A DNA stretch of 64,000 bases from a virus, in the IMG/VR virus record IMGVR_UViG_3300046727_000675, positions 1 through 64,000 of that record. One strand, written 5' to 3'. Position numbers and translations under genes: made by a program. The notes beneath the pieces were generated by a model. That model was not told the DNA's origin. It worked only from the letters and a program-made list of their open reading frames with translations, and ran no database searches. Positions 1 to 8,593 of this stretch are shown here, piece by piece. Every line of letters begins with the position of its first letter. The first letter of the stretch is position 1.

Positions 1-46
1 GCGCCGGGGCGCCCGCACCTCCGGCGCGCGCCCCCCCCCCAACGCC

Positions 47-1468
47 GTGTCCAGCGCCGCGGCGCTGTGGGACCCGGACCGCGAGGCCGCCGTCGCCGAC
101 CACAACGACCTCGCCAACGCCAACCTGTTCGAGGAGCTCGCCGAGGGAAGGTTCCGGCACGCGGGCGCCCTGAAGACCTGGCTCGCCTGGAACGGCGTGC
201 ACTGGGACCGCGAGGCCGCCGTCGAGCTGCAGCGCGCGCTCGAGGGCGTGGCCGCGGAGGTCAAGCGCCGCGCGGAGCTGGTGCCGGACCAGCAGGCCAG
301 GACGCGCGAGCTGAAGTGGGCCGTCACCTGCGGCGAGACGTGGCGCTACGCCAGCCTCGAGAAGATGCTCACGTGGCGGCTCGACGTGCGCCTGGAGCTC
401 CTCGACAAGCGGCCGATGCTGCTCGCCTGCGGGAACGGCGTCGTGGACCTCGCGGCCGGGTCGTTCGCGCCGGGCCGGCCCGATGACTGGCTCACGCGCG
501 CCACGGACGTGATGTACGTGCCGAGGGCGAAGTGCCCGCGGTGGGACAAGTTCATGGACGAGATCATGCTCGGCGACAAGGAGATGGTCGCGTACCTTTG
601 GCGCGTGCTCGGCTACTGCCTCACCGGCGACACGAGCGAGCGGGCGTTCTTCCTGCTGCACGGGCACGGCCGGAACGGGAAGTCCACGTTCATGGAGGTG
701 CTGCACGCGATGCTGTCGCCCGGCGGCCGCGGCTACGCGCAGAAGGCGCGGTTCACAACCTTCCTGCAGAAGGGGCAGGTCAACGGCGGCGCGAACGACG
801 ACGTGGCCCACCTCGCGGGCGCGCGGCTCGTAGTCGCGGCCGAGAGCTCGGGCCGCGCGCCGCTCGACGTGCCGCTCGTCAAGGAGCTCACCGGCTCCGA
901 CACGATCAGAGCGCGCCACCTGTACGGGCGCGAGTTCGAGTTCAGGCCGAGCTTCAAGCTGTTCCTCGTCACGAACCAGGTGCCGCCGATCCACGAGTCG
1001 ACGTACGCGCTGTGGGACCGCCTGCACTACATACCGTTCAACTACCGCGTGCCGGACAAGGACGTCGACGCGCGCCTGCCGATCGCGCTAATGGGCGAGC
1101 TCGAGGGGATCCTCGCGAAGGCCGTGGCCGCGTGCCGCGAGTGGCTCGCGGACGGGCTGCAGCCGCCGGCGAAGGTGCTCAAGGCGCGCGAGGCGCTGCA
1201 GGAGGCCAACGACATGGTCGGTGAGTTCATCAGGGAGTGCTGCGAGCAGAGGGACGGCGCGCGGCAGGCGCACCCCGAGCTGTACTCGGTCTTCAACGGC
1301 TGGTCGAAGCGCGCCGGGCTCAAGACCCCGCCGACCTCGAAGCACCTCGCCGACGCGCTCGAGACGCGCGGCTGGGAGTTCCGGCGCGGCGCCGGCAACG
1401 TCCGGACGTGGCAGAACTGGGAGCTCAAGGCCGGCCAGAAGGACTTCGGACTTGACGGGCCGATCTAG
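47..1468 (+). CDS. Phage/plasmid primase-helicase, P4/D5 family (SF3 helicase part); probably 5'-truncated by the window edge
   Basis: D5_N-like 'LLACGNGVVDL...DWLTR', Walker A GHGRNGKST, 'VKELTGSDTIRARHLY', 'KLFLVTNQVP'. The frame is open back to position 2. Confidence 0.9.
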   Translation: MSSAAALWDPDREAAVADHNDLANANLFEELAEGRFRHAGALKTWLAWNGVHWDREAAVELQRALEGVAAEVKRRAELVPDQQARTRELKWAVTCGETWRYASLEKMLTWRLDVRLELLDKRPMLLACGNGVVDLAAGSFAPGRPDDWLTRATDVMYVPRAKCPRWDKFMDEIMLGDKEMVAYLWRVLGYCLTGDTSERAFFLLHGHGRNGKSTFMEVLHAMLSPGGRGYAQKARFTTFLQKGQVNGGANDDVAHLAGARLVVAAESSGRAPLDVPLVKELTGSDTIRARHLYGREFEFRPSFKLFLVTNQVPPIHESTYALWDRLHYIPFNYRVPDKDVDARLPIALMGELEGILAKAVAACREWLADGLQPPAKVLKAREALQEANDMVGEFIRECCEQRDGARQAHPELYSVFNGWSKRAGLKTPPTSKHLADALETRGWEFRRGAGNVRTWQNWELKAGQKDFGLDGPI

Positions 1469-1499
1469 ACACGGCCCGCAGACCGGCCGGGGCGATCGC

Positions 1500-1680
1500 G
1501 CGTTTTTTAACTGCCTTTTTCCCGTAAGTCCTTTGTTTGCAGCAAATACAATTTTTCATAGTTAAAAAAACATGCGCTTTATTATTTGCACGTATACGAG
1601 AGCGAGTATAAGAAATAATATATAACGGCATGTTTTTTTAACAATTTAACTTTCTCGTTTTTTTCTCATTTTCCTGTTTA
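1500..1680. promoter_or_regulatory. AT-rich intergenic region with a perfect 15-bp inverted repeat (candidate replication origin or packaging/late control site)
   Basis: GTTAAAAAAACATGC at 1561-1575 and GCATGTTTTTTTAAC at 1628-1642, with a related GTTTTTTAAC at 1502-1511. Lies between the helicase and terS. Confidence 0.55.
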
Positions 1681-1695
1681 CATCCGGCCGGCACT

Positions 1696-2229
1696 GTGCG
1701 CTTAATAGCGCTGTCCGAAAATTTAGGAGTCGCGATCGCCCCCGTGACGAAAGCTCCTCAAAACACGAACGACAAGAGGAAGACCCATGATTCTCTTGGC
1801 CGTCGCCTGCCAAAGAAGCACTCCCGCCCCAATTCGAATCCTCTTCGTGGAAAAGACAGTCCCCTCTCGGCGGCCGGCGCTCCGTATCGGTGGCAGAAGG
1901 GAAAGTCGGGGAACCCGGGCGGCCGGCCGCGCAACGTCATCAGCGACGCGATCCGCGCGGTGCTCGCCGAGGAAGACCCCGAGCTCCGCGTGACCAACGC
2001 GGAGGTCATCGCGCGCGGGCTCGTGGAAGACGCGAAGGGAACGGGCATGTCGCCGGCGCAGCGCGTCGAGGCCGGCGTCGACCCGCGCGTCGCGCTCATG
2101 GCCTCGGATATGGTGCTCGATCGCACCGAGGGAAAGCCCGCGCAGTCGATGATCCTGTCGGGCGGAGAAAATCCTATCAAAGTTCAGATGGAGGAAGTGC
2201 GTGGCAAGCTGTTCTCCAAGCTTGGTTGA
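1696..2229 (+). CDS. terS: Terminase small subunit (DUF5681-like); true start may be the GTG at 1744
   Basis: 'WQKGKSGNPGGRP' and 'VLDRTEGKPAQS' motifs; immediately upstream of terL. Confidence 0.75.
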   Translation: MRLIALSENLGVAIAPVTKAPQNTNDKRKTHDSLGRRLPKKHSRPNSNPLRGKDSPLSAAGAPYRWQKGKSGNPGGRPRNVISDAIRAVLAEEDPELRVTNAEVIARGLVEDAKGTGMSPAQRVEAGVDPRVALMASDMVLDRTEGKPAQSMILSGGENPIKVQMEEVRGKLFSKLG

Positions 2230-3844
2230 GAATCTCCCGCCGGTCTCGCTCGCGGACCAGTTCCGCGCGCTGACGGCGGAGGAGCGGCAGCGCCGCCTCT
2301 CGCTGCTCTCCGACGCGGAGGCGCAGGCCCTCTACTACGACTGGAAGTTCTGGGCGCGGCCGGCGCAGCTCACGCCCGCCGGCGAGTGGTACGCGTGGCT
2401 CGTGATGGCGGGGCGCGGCTTCGGCAAGACGCGGGTCGGCGCGGAGACGGTGCGGGAGTGGGTGCGGGACTTCGCGATCGTGAACCTCATCGGCCCGACG
2501 GTCGACGACGCGCGCGACGTGATGATCGAGGGCGAGTCGGGGATCCTCGCGATCTGCCCGCCGGACGAGCGGCCCGAGTACAAGAAGTCCTCGCGGCAGC
2601 TCGCGTGGCCGAACGGCGCGAAGAGCCTGATTTTCACCGCGGACGAGCCCGAGCGCCTGCGCGGCAAGCAGCACGAGAAGCTGTGGTGCGACGAGGTCGG
2701 CGCGTGGCGCTACCAGGAGTCGTGGGACCAGGCGATGTTCGGGCTGCGGCTCGGCGCCAGGCCCCAGGCCGTCGTCACGACGACGCCGAAGCCGCTGCAG
2801 CTGATCCGCGACCTCATCAAGGACAAGTCGACCTTCATCACCCGGGGCTCGACCTACGAGAACCGCGCGAACCTCGCGCCGGCCTTCTTCGCGAAGATCA
2901 TTACGAAGTACGAGGGCACGCGGCTCGGCCGGCAGGAGCTGAACGCGGAGCTGCTCGCCGACAACCCCGGCGCGCTGTGGCAGCGAAGCCAGATCGACAA
3001 GTGCCGCGTCGTCCGGCTTCCGCTCGACGTGGAGCGCAGCGTGTACGCGCTCGACCCGGCGACGACCTCGACCGAGGAGTCCGACGAGTGGGGCATCATT
3101 GGCGCGGCGCGCGACAAGCAGAACCCCCCGCACTTCTACATCTTCGACGACCGCTCCGAGATTCTCACCCCCGACGCGGCGTGCAAGCGCGCGGTCGCGG
3201 GCTACCACCTCAACAAGTCCGACCGCATCGTCGGCGAGGCGAACAACGGCGGCGACATGATCGAGGCGCTTCTGCGGCACGTGGACCTGAACGTGAGCTA
3301 CCGGAAGGTGACGGCCTCGCGCGGTAAGGTCGTGCGGGCCGAGCCGATCGCGGCGCTGTACGAGCAGGGGCGGGTGCACCACGTCGGGATGTTCGCCGCG
3401 CTGGAAGACCAGATGTGCGACTACAACCCGGCGACGGTGCAGAAAAGCCCGGATCGAATGGACGCGGCGGTGTGGGCGCTGACCGAGCTCAGCGAGGGAA
3501 TGTACACGCTGGGGGTCTTGGAGTACGCGAAGCAGGGCGGGCCGGACGCGGAGACGGGTGCCGCCGCGAAGGCGAACGGAGCGAAGCCGCCGGACCCCCG
3601 CGGCTCGGTGCCCATCACCGCGCCGGAGTCCTCCGGAAAAGTCTGCCCGGCCTGCGGGTCGGGTCTCATAAACCCGATCGCGGGCGGCCAGCTGCGCTGC
3701 AACGCCTGCGCGCACCAGTTCGGCGACGCGGTGGTCGCGGTGCCGGCGGGGCCGGGGCGCGCGAACGGGAACGCGGGGCACGGCGCGAACGGGCACGGCG
3801 CGTTGAGCCCGGCGAGCGGGCGGAAGTTCGGGGACCCGCGATGA
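2201..3844 (+). CDS. terL: Terminase large subunit with a C-terminal Zn-ribbon extension
   Basis: Walker A AGRGFGKT, Walker B 'LWCDE', coupling motif 'TTTP', nuclease motifs 'ALDPA' and 'SPDRMDA'; CPAC..CNAC at the C-terminus. Confidence 0.95.
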   Translation: MASCSPSLVENLPPVSLADQFRALTAEERQRRLSLLSDAEAQALYYDWKFWARPAQLTPAGEWYAWLVMAGRGFGKTRVGAETVREWVRDFAIVNLIGPTVDDARDVMIEGESGILAICPPDERPEYKKSSRQLAWPNGAKSLIFTADEPERLRGKQHEKLWCDEVGAWRYQESWDQAMFGLRLGARPQAVVTTTPKPLQLIRDLIKDKSTFITRGSTYENRANLAPAFFAKIITKYEGTRLGRQELNAELLADNPGALWQRSQIDKCRVVRLPLDVERSVYALDPATTSTEESDEWGIIGAARDKQNPPHFYIFDDRSEILTPDAACKRAVAGYHLNKSDRIVGEANNGGDMIEALLRHVDLNVSYRKVTASRGKVVRAEPIAALYEQGRVHHVGMFAALEDQMCDYNPATVQKSPDRMDAAVWALTELSEGMYTLGVLEYAKQGGPDAETGAAAKANGAKPPDPRGSVPITAPESSGKVCPACGSGLINPIAGGQLRCNACAHQFGDAVVAVPAGPGRANGNAGHGANGHGALSPASGRKFGDPR

Positions 3845-3923
3845 GGGCCTACCTCGTCCTCGCGCTGCCGTGCCTGCTGTTCGTCCTCGTGGTGTGGCGC
3901 GTCGCGCGGTCGCGGAGGGTCTC

Positions 3924-4265
3924 GTGAACCTCGGGCCGGGCGGCCTCTATCTCAAGCCCGAGGGCTTCGCCTTCTGGCAGAGGCTCGGTGAGGTGAAGGA
4001 CGTGGAGTTCCACGCGCCGGCCAACAAGGTGATGGCGCGCTACAACCCGATCGTCCTGCGCGAGACCGAGGAGCTCTCGGTCATCGAGCAGCTGAGGATG
4101 TACTGCGAGCACTACGGGCCGCTGAAGATTCAGTTCAACGCGTACGTCGCGCCGGGCCAGGTGTGGTTCAACGAGGGTGTCTTCATCATGAACGAGGCCT
4201 GGGCCAAGGCGCAGTTCTCGACGTTCGACGCGGCGCTGCTGAAGAGCATGGGGGTGAAGCCGTGA
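3924..4265 (+). CDS. Hypothetical protein
   Basis: Coding-like codon usage; overlapping GTGA start/stop with neighbours. Confidence 0.6.
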   Translation: MNLGPGGLYLKPEGFAFWQRLGEVKDVEFHAPANKVMARYNPIVLRETEELSVIEQLRMYCEHYGPLKIQFNAYVAPGQVWFNEGVFIMNEAWAKAQFSTFDAALLKSMGVKP

Positions 4266-4407
4266 CCAGGCGCTCCGCGTGCGGTCATCGTTCGTCGAAG
4301 TTCATCGGCGGCGAATGCCTGTCGTGCGGTCGCGCGGTGAAATTCGAGATTGTCATTCTTATAGTTATGATTCTGATGGGAATCTTCCATGGAAGGCTGG
4401 GCGGCCT

Positions 4408-4920
4408 GTGACGGATTTCGCCGAGCGGCTCGACGCCCTCCGCCCGCGGCTGCGGAACACGCTGCGGCGCCATGGGTGCCGCGACTACTTCCTCGACGAC
4501 GCGGTGCAGCAGGGGGTCATGCAGGCGTGGCGCCGGCGCGGCACGTTCCGCGGCGAGGCGGCGCTCGCGACTTGGGCGACCCGCGTGACGCTGAACGAGT
4601 TCTTCATGATGGCGCGCGGGAGCAAGATGAGCCGCAACACGCGGAACATGAACGAGGCGGACGAGCTCCGGGCGGCGAGCGAGCCGGACCCGGCGCCGTC
4701 GCCGCTCGACCTGGCCGTCGCCGGCGAGGCGCGCCGCCGCCTGGTGCGCGCGATCGCGCGGCTGCCGCTCGGGCAGCGGTCGATCCTGGCGCGTCAGCTG
4801 CTGGTCGACGAGACGTACAAGGAGCTCGCGGCGAGCTTCGGCACGACCGAGTCGAACATGAAGAGCCAGGCGTTCAAGGGGCGCGCGAAGGTGCGCCGGA
4901 TGCTGGAGGCACGGGCGTGA
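4408..4920 (+). CDS. ECF-type sigma-70 factor
   Basis: Region 2 'DDAVQQGVMQAWRRRGTFRGEAALATWATRVTLN'; region 4 'LPLGQRSIL...TYKELAASFGTTESNMKSQAFKGRAKVR'. Confidence 0.85.
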   Translation: MTDFAERLDALRPRLRNTLRRHGCRDYFLDDAVQQGVMQAWRRRGTFRGEAALATWATRVTLNEFFMMARGSKMSRNTRNMNEADELRAASEPDPAPSPLDLAVAGEARRRLVRAIARLPLGQRSILARQLLVDETYKELAASFGTTESNMKSQAFKGRAKVRRMLEARA

Positions 4921-5177
4921 GGAACTTGACGTTCCAGTCCGGCGACTGCGGGTATCCGGGTCCGCTAAGTCCCGCGCTCGAGCGATCGGAGCGAGACCGC
5001 TTCAGAATACTGGAAGCGCGCGTCCTGCTGTTCGCGGCGCGCAACCGCATATCGCCCGGCGAGACTACCTTGGTGCAGGTGATGACCGGGTCCGGGCCGA
5101 AGCTTTTCCCGCAGTGGCGGCCGGCGGTGGAGTCGATCATGTCCCTGAACATCGACCTGTCGAAGGAGATAAATTGA
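4917..5177 (+). CDS. Hypothetical protein
   Basis: Translationally coupled small ORF. Confidence 0.45.
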   Translation: MRNLTFQSGDCGYPGPLSPALERSERDRFRILEARVLLFAARNRISPGETTLVQVMTGSGPKLFPQWRPAVESIMSLNIDLSKEIN

Positions 5178-5371
5178 GGCGGATCGAGATCAGGACGGCC
5201 GACGCCGCGTGGCTGGCCGAGGTCGTGGTGAGGGAGATCCCCCGCGTCGGGGAGGTCGTCTTGCTCGCGGACCCGGAGCGGACGTTCAAGGTGATCGGGG
5301 TACGGCACGACCTGCGGCAGAACGCGGTGGGAAACCACCTGGTCACGGTGCTGGCGGAGGAGGCGAAGTGA
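5174..5371 (+). CDS. Hypothetical protein
   Basis: AAGGAG RBS upstream; coupled to neighbours. Confidence 0.55.
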   Translation: MRRIEIRTADAAWLAEVVVREIPRVGEVVLLADPERTFKVIGVRHDLRQNAVGNHLVTVLAEEAK

Positions 5372-5622
5372 AACGACGAAGCTTCATCTCATCGGTGCTC
5401 GCGTCGATCGCGGCTGTGCCATTCCTGCGCGCGGAGAAAGCGCTCGCATTCGCGGCGCCGCGGAAGATGAACATGATGCTGGTCGGAACCGGCTCCGTGT
5501 ACGGCGTCTCGCCGTTCGCGGCCGCGAACCAAAAAATACGGCTCGCGCTCGCGCGTCAAAATTTTCAACTGAAGTATTACTGCGAAGGGGCTGTTCCTGG
5601 AGCTAAGGAGGCAACCGCGTGA
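5368..5622 (+). CDS. Twin-arginine (Tat)-signal small protein carrying a portal-like segment
   Basis: N-terminus MKRRSFISSVLASIAAVPFL; the C-terminal 36 aa align without gaps to the portal segment encoded at 9341-9448. Confidence 0.7.
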   Translation: MKRRSFISSVLASIAAVPFLRAEKALAFAAPRKMNMMLVGTGSVYGVSPFAAANQKIRLALARQNFQLKYYCEGAVPGAKEATA

Positions 5623-6083
5623 GGCGTCGCTCTTTCATCTCGGCCCTGGTTGTCGCGGTCGCGTCGCTCGCGTTCCTGAAGGCGGAGACCGCGGCGGGGC
5701 TGCTGGAAGGGCCGGCGGACGAGAACGAGCTGACGATCAGCTACGCCTACGAGATCGGTCGCGGCGGGTTCCTGGACGAGCCGTTCGTCGTCACGGTGAA
5801 CGGCGAGGCGATGAAGTACGGCGAGGACTTCACCGTGAAGGACGGAACGTTCACGTTCAACATTCCGCGCGACGTCAGGCGGGTGAACGCGAACGGGGCG
5901 GTCTCCGGAAGGAGCGGGTCCTCCATAAAGGTGACCGATTCGCGCGGCCTCGCGCCGCTGGACCAGGCCGAGGTCTCCGATTCGAACCGGACGCGCTGGG
6001 TCGACGCGCGGCCACGGCGGTCTTTGGAGGAGCGTTACGCGGGACGGTATCCGACTCCGAAGTTCGGGGAGAAACAGGCGTGA
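5619..6083 (+). CDS. Twin-arginine (Tat)-signal protein with a structural-protein-like beta domain
   Basis: MRRRSFISALVVAVASLAFL; 'VTVNGEAMKYGEDFTVKDGTFTF'; AAGGAGG RBS. Confidence 0.65.
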   Translation: MRRRSFISALVVAVASLAFLKAETAAGLLEGPADENELTISYAYEIGRGGFLDEPFVVTVNGEAMKYGEDFTVKDGTFTFNIPRDVRRVNANGAVSGRSGSSIKVTDSRGLAPLDQAEVSDSNRTRWVDARPRRSLEERYAGRYPTPKFGEKQA

Positions 6084-6222
6084 CGGTACGCTTCACCTTC
6101 GAGAGCGCATTCGCCTGCCGCCAGAGCCTCTGGCTCCTGCGCGCGCTCGCCGCGATCGGGCACGAGGCGAGGCTGAACGCGTGGAGCCGGTCGTTCATGT
6201 TCGAGACCGGCTGGAGGATGTT

Positions 6223-6885
6223 TTGATCTTCAAGACCCCCTATGACTTCGCGAAGGAGCTCGCCGGCCGCGAGTCGCCGCACTCGTTCGACATGGACAAG
6301 GAGAAGGCCGCGGCGGCGCTGCGGGCGCTCGCCGGCCGGATCGAGAAGGACGAAGTCACGCTGCAGGCCGGCGGCGTCTACCGCCAGTCGAAGGTCGGCG
6401 AGTTCAGCATGACGGCGCTCCTGGTCGAGTACAGCGAGCGCGGGGAGGCGGTCGTCGCGCTGCACGGGCCGGGCGACAGCCTGCCGGTGGCGGTGGCGGT
6501 GGCGATCCCGGGCAGCGTGGTCGAGAATGCGACCTGCGAATACGATTTGGACGGAAGCCCCTGCGCCGCTGGGATCATCCCGTCGAAGGATTCCTACACC
6601 GGTTGGGAACACAAGAGCAAGGCCGCGTGGGGACACTTCGCCACGGACAAGAAGATCTCCGGCGACCAGTCGGGCCAGTTCCTGCCGTGTTCCGTTTGCC
6701 TGCGCGAGCCCGACGCCAACGAGGATCACTTCAAGATCGCGGGGCACAAGTACCAGGCGCTGATCGCGTTTGGGTCCCCGATCGATCGCCGCTGCCTGGT
6801 CCCCTGCGCCGCGTGCGGCAAGACGACATTAAACCCGTGGTGTCCGACACACGTCGTCACCTACGAGAACGGAAGCCGAGTTTGA
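6223..6885 (+). CDS. Hypothetical protein with Cys-rich C-terminus
   Basis: GGAGG RBS before TTG; CxxC motifs. Confidence 0.6.
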   Translation: MIFKTPYDFAKELAGRESPHSFDMDKEKAAAALRALAGRIEKDEVTLQAGGVYRQSKVGEFSMTALLVEYSERGEAVVALHGPGDSLPVAVAVAIPGSVVENATCEYDLDGSPCAAGIIPSKDSYTGWEHKSKAAWGHFATDKKISGDQSGQFLPCSVCLREPDANEDHFKIAGHKYQALIAFGSPIDRRCLVPCAACGKTTLNPWCPTHVVTYENGSRV

Positions 6886-7622
6886 GCGCCTCCCCCCAGC
6901 CCGTCGTCCGCAAGCCGCACGTGGCGCAGCGCCGCGACGTGCGCGCGCGGCTCGAGCGCGACGCGGTCCGCGTCGCGGAGGCGGACGCAAGCCGGCCCTG
7001 TTCCCGCGACGGCTGCGCGTCGACCATGCTCGTCTGCCCGACGATGTGGCCCATCGCGGTGGTCGCCGTCGTCTGCTTCGCCTGCGGCCGGGTGCGGGAG
7101 TACAAGGCGGCGCCGATGATCCTTTCGCCGCTCGAGGCGGCGCGGATGTACAAGAACCGCGGATTCGTCACGAAGCGCGGCGTGTCGCACGACGCGGACA
7201 CGAAGACGTGCCCGGCGTCGGACCTCGAGACGCTGGTCGAGCTGATCGTGATGGGGCGAGACGCGGGGATGAACCCGCGCGAGATCGCCGACTCGACCGG
7301 CACGACGATCCACTACGTTGACAACATCCTGCAGCTCGTCGGCGAGAACGCGAAATGCCTGGTCGCGGCGAAGGAAGAAGAAAAAGCGCCGAGGGCGAAG
7401 CGGGACCTGTCGCGCCGCCCCGAGCTCGCGGGCGCGGGGCTGACGCCCCGCGAGGGAGAGGTCCTGGCGCTGGTGACGAAGAAACTGTCCAACGCGGCGA
7501 TCGCCGAGCGGCTGTTCATCTCGCCGTTCACCGTGCGCCACCACGTGGGGCGCCTGCTCGCGAAGCTGCGGGCGGGCTCGCGCCGCGAGTTGTGGGCGCC
7601 GCGTGCGGAGGTCGTGCAGTGA
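6882..7622 (+). CDS. Transcriptional regulator with C-terminal LuxR/GerE HTH
   Basis: 'LTPREGEVLALVTKKLSNAAIAERLFISPFTVRHHVGRLLAKL'; N-terminal CxxC motifs. Confidence 0.85.
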   Translation: MSASPQPVVRKPHVAQRRDVRARLERDAVRVAEADASRPCSRDGCASTMLVCPTMWPIAVVAVVCFACGRVREYKAAPMILSPLEAARMYKNRGFVTKRGVSHDADTKTCPASDLETLVELIVMGRDAGMNPREIADSTGTTIHYVDNILQLVGENAKCLVAAKEEEKAPRAKRDLSRRPELAGAGLTPREGEVLALVTKKLSNAAIAERLFISPFTVRHHVGRLLAKLRAGSRRELWAPRAEVVQ

Positions 7623-7957
7623 CCCCTTGGCTCGTCATCTTCGCGATCGCGGCGGTCTGCGGCTTCGCCGGCTGGGTGTTTAGCCCGGCGCGTCCGGCGG
7701 CGGTGAGGATCCCGAAGCGCGATCCGAACGCCCCGTGCCCGGTGTGCGGCGACACGAACGGCCGGCTCCTGGCGGTGGCGGAGAAAACGAACGACGCGAA
7801 GTCGAAGGTGCTGCTGCAGCGGGAGTGCCAGTCTTGCGGTGCGCGGTCGTACGAGCTCCCGGTCGTGAGGGATCTCACGGTCGAGAAGGCCTGGCCGGCC
7901 CGCGCGGACTTCCGGAGCAGCCTGACGAACGTCACGCCGCTGCGGAGGAAGGCTTGA
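7619..7957 (+). CDS. Membrane-anchored Zn-finger protein
   Basis: Hydrophobic N-terminus; CPVC and CQSC. Confidence 0.6.
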   Translation: MTPWLVIFAIAAVCGFAGWVFSPARPAAVRIPKRDPNAPCPVCGDTNGRLLAVAEKTNDAKSKVLLQRECQSCGARSYELPVVRDLTVEKAWPARADFRSSLTNVTPLRRKA

Positions 7958-8025
7958 CCTGGGTCGTCGTCTTAGGATTTTTGTTGAACTACGCTCTGCA
8001 AATCTCGCTCCACAGGAGAACGCTC

Positions 8026-8325
8026 ATGACAGTCAAGGACAATCTGGACGCGATCGTCGCGCAGCTGAAGCAGAAGCTCCAGGACGCGCAGGACGCGGCG
8101 AAGGCGAACGCGGACGCGGTCACCGCCGAGCTCGGCCGCGTCAACGACACGATCGCGGCGCTGAAGACGGCGCAGCAGGGCGGCTCGGTCTCCGACGCCG
8201 ACCTGCAGGCGGCGATCGACTCGCTCTCCCCGGTGGCGGACGGGCTGGGCGCGGTGGTGACGAACCTCGGCGCGACGACCGCGGCCGCGGCGGCGGAAGA
8301 CCCGGCTCCCACGCCGGGCGCCTAG
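8026..8325 (+). CDS. Small Ala-rich coiled-coil protein
   Basis: AGGAG RBS then ATG; heptad-like pattern. Confidence 0.65.
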   Translation: MTVKDNLDAIVAQLKQKLQDAQDAAKANADAVTAELGRVNDTIAALKTAQQGGSVSDADLQAAIDSLSPVADGLGAVVTNLGATTAAAAAEDPAPTPGA

Positions 8326-8401
8326 ACAGACTTTCAACCGAGAGCGAGACGGCCTGTCACGCGTCTCGCCTCAATCTTCTCCTCATGAAAGGACTTGCGC
8401 G

Positions 8402-8581
8402 ATGAGCGGAAACGACGCGAGGCTGCTGCACTCGACCGGGGTGGACGACGCGAGCCAGTTCGAGAAGGCGCCGGAGACGGTCGAGGAGTTTCTGGAGAAG
8501 TACTCGGAGGACATTCCGAAGGAAGCTTTGGAGAAAGAGACAAAAACTAAATTGTCCGCCCAGCCCGCGGGGAAAGCGTAG
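8402..8581 (+). CDS. 59-aa acidic protein (not in the ORF track) containing a partial KYSED tag
   Basis: Manual translation MSGNDARLLHSTGVDDASQFEKAPETVEEFLEKYSEDIPKEALEKETKTKLSAQPAGKA*; AAAGGA upstream. Confidence 0.55.
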   Translation: MSGNDARLLHSTGVDDASQFEKAPETVEEFLEKYSEDIPKEALEKETKTKLSAQPAGKA

Positions 8582-8593
8582 CGACCTAAAAAC

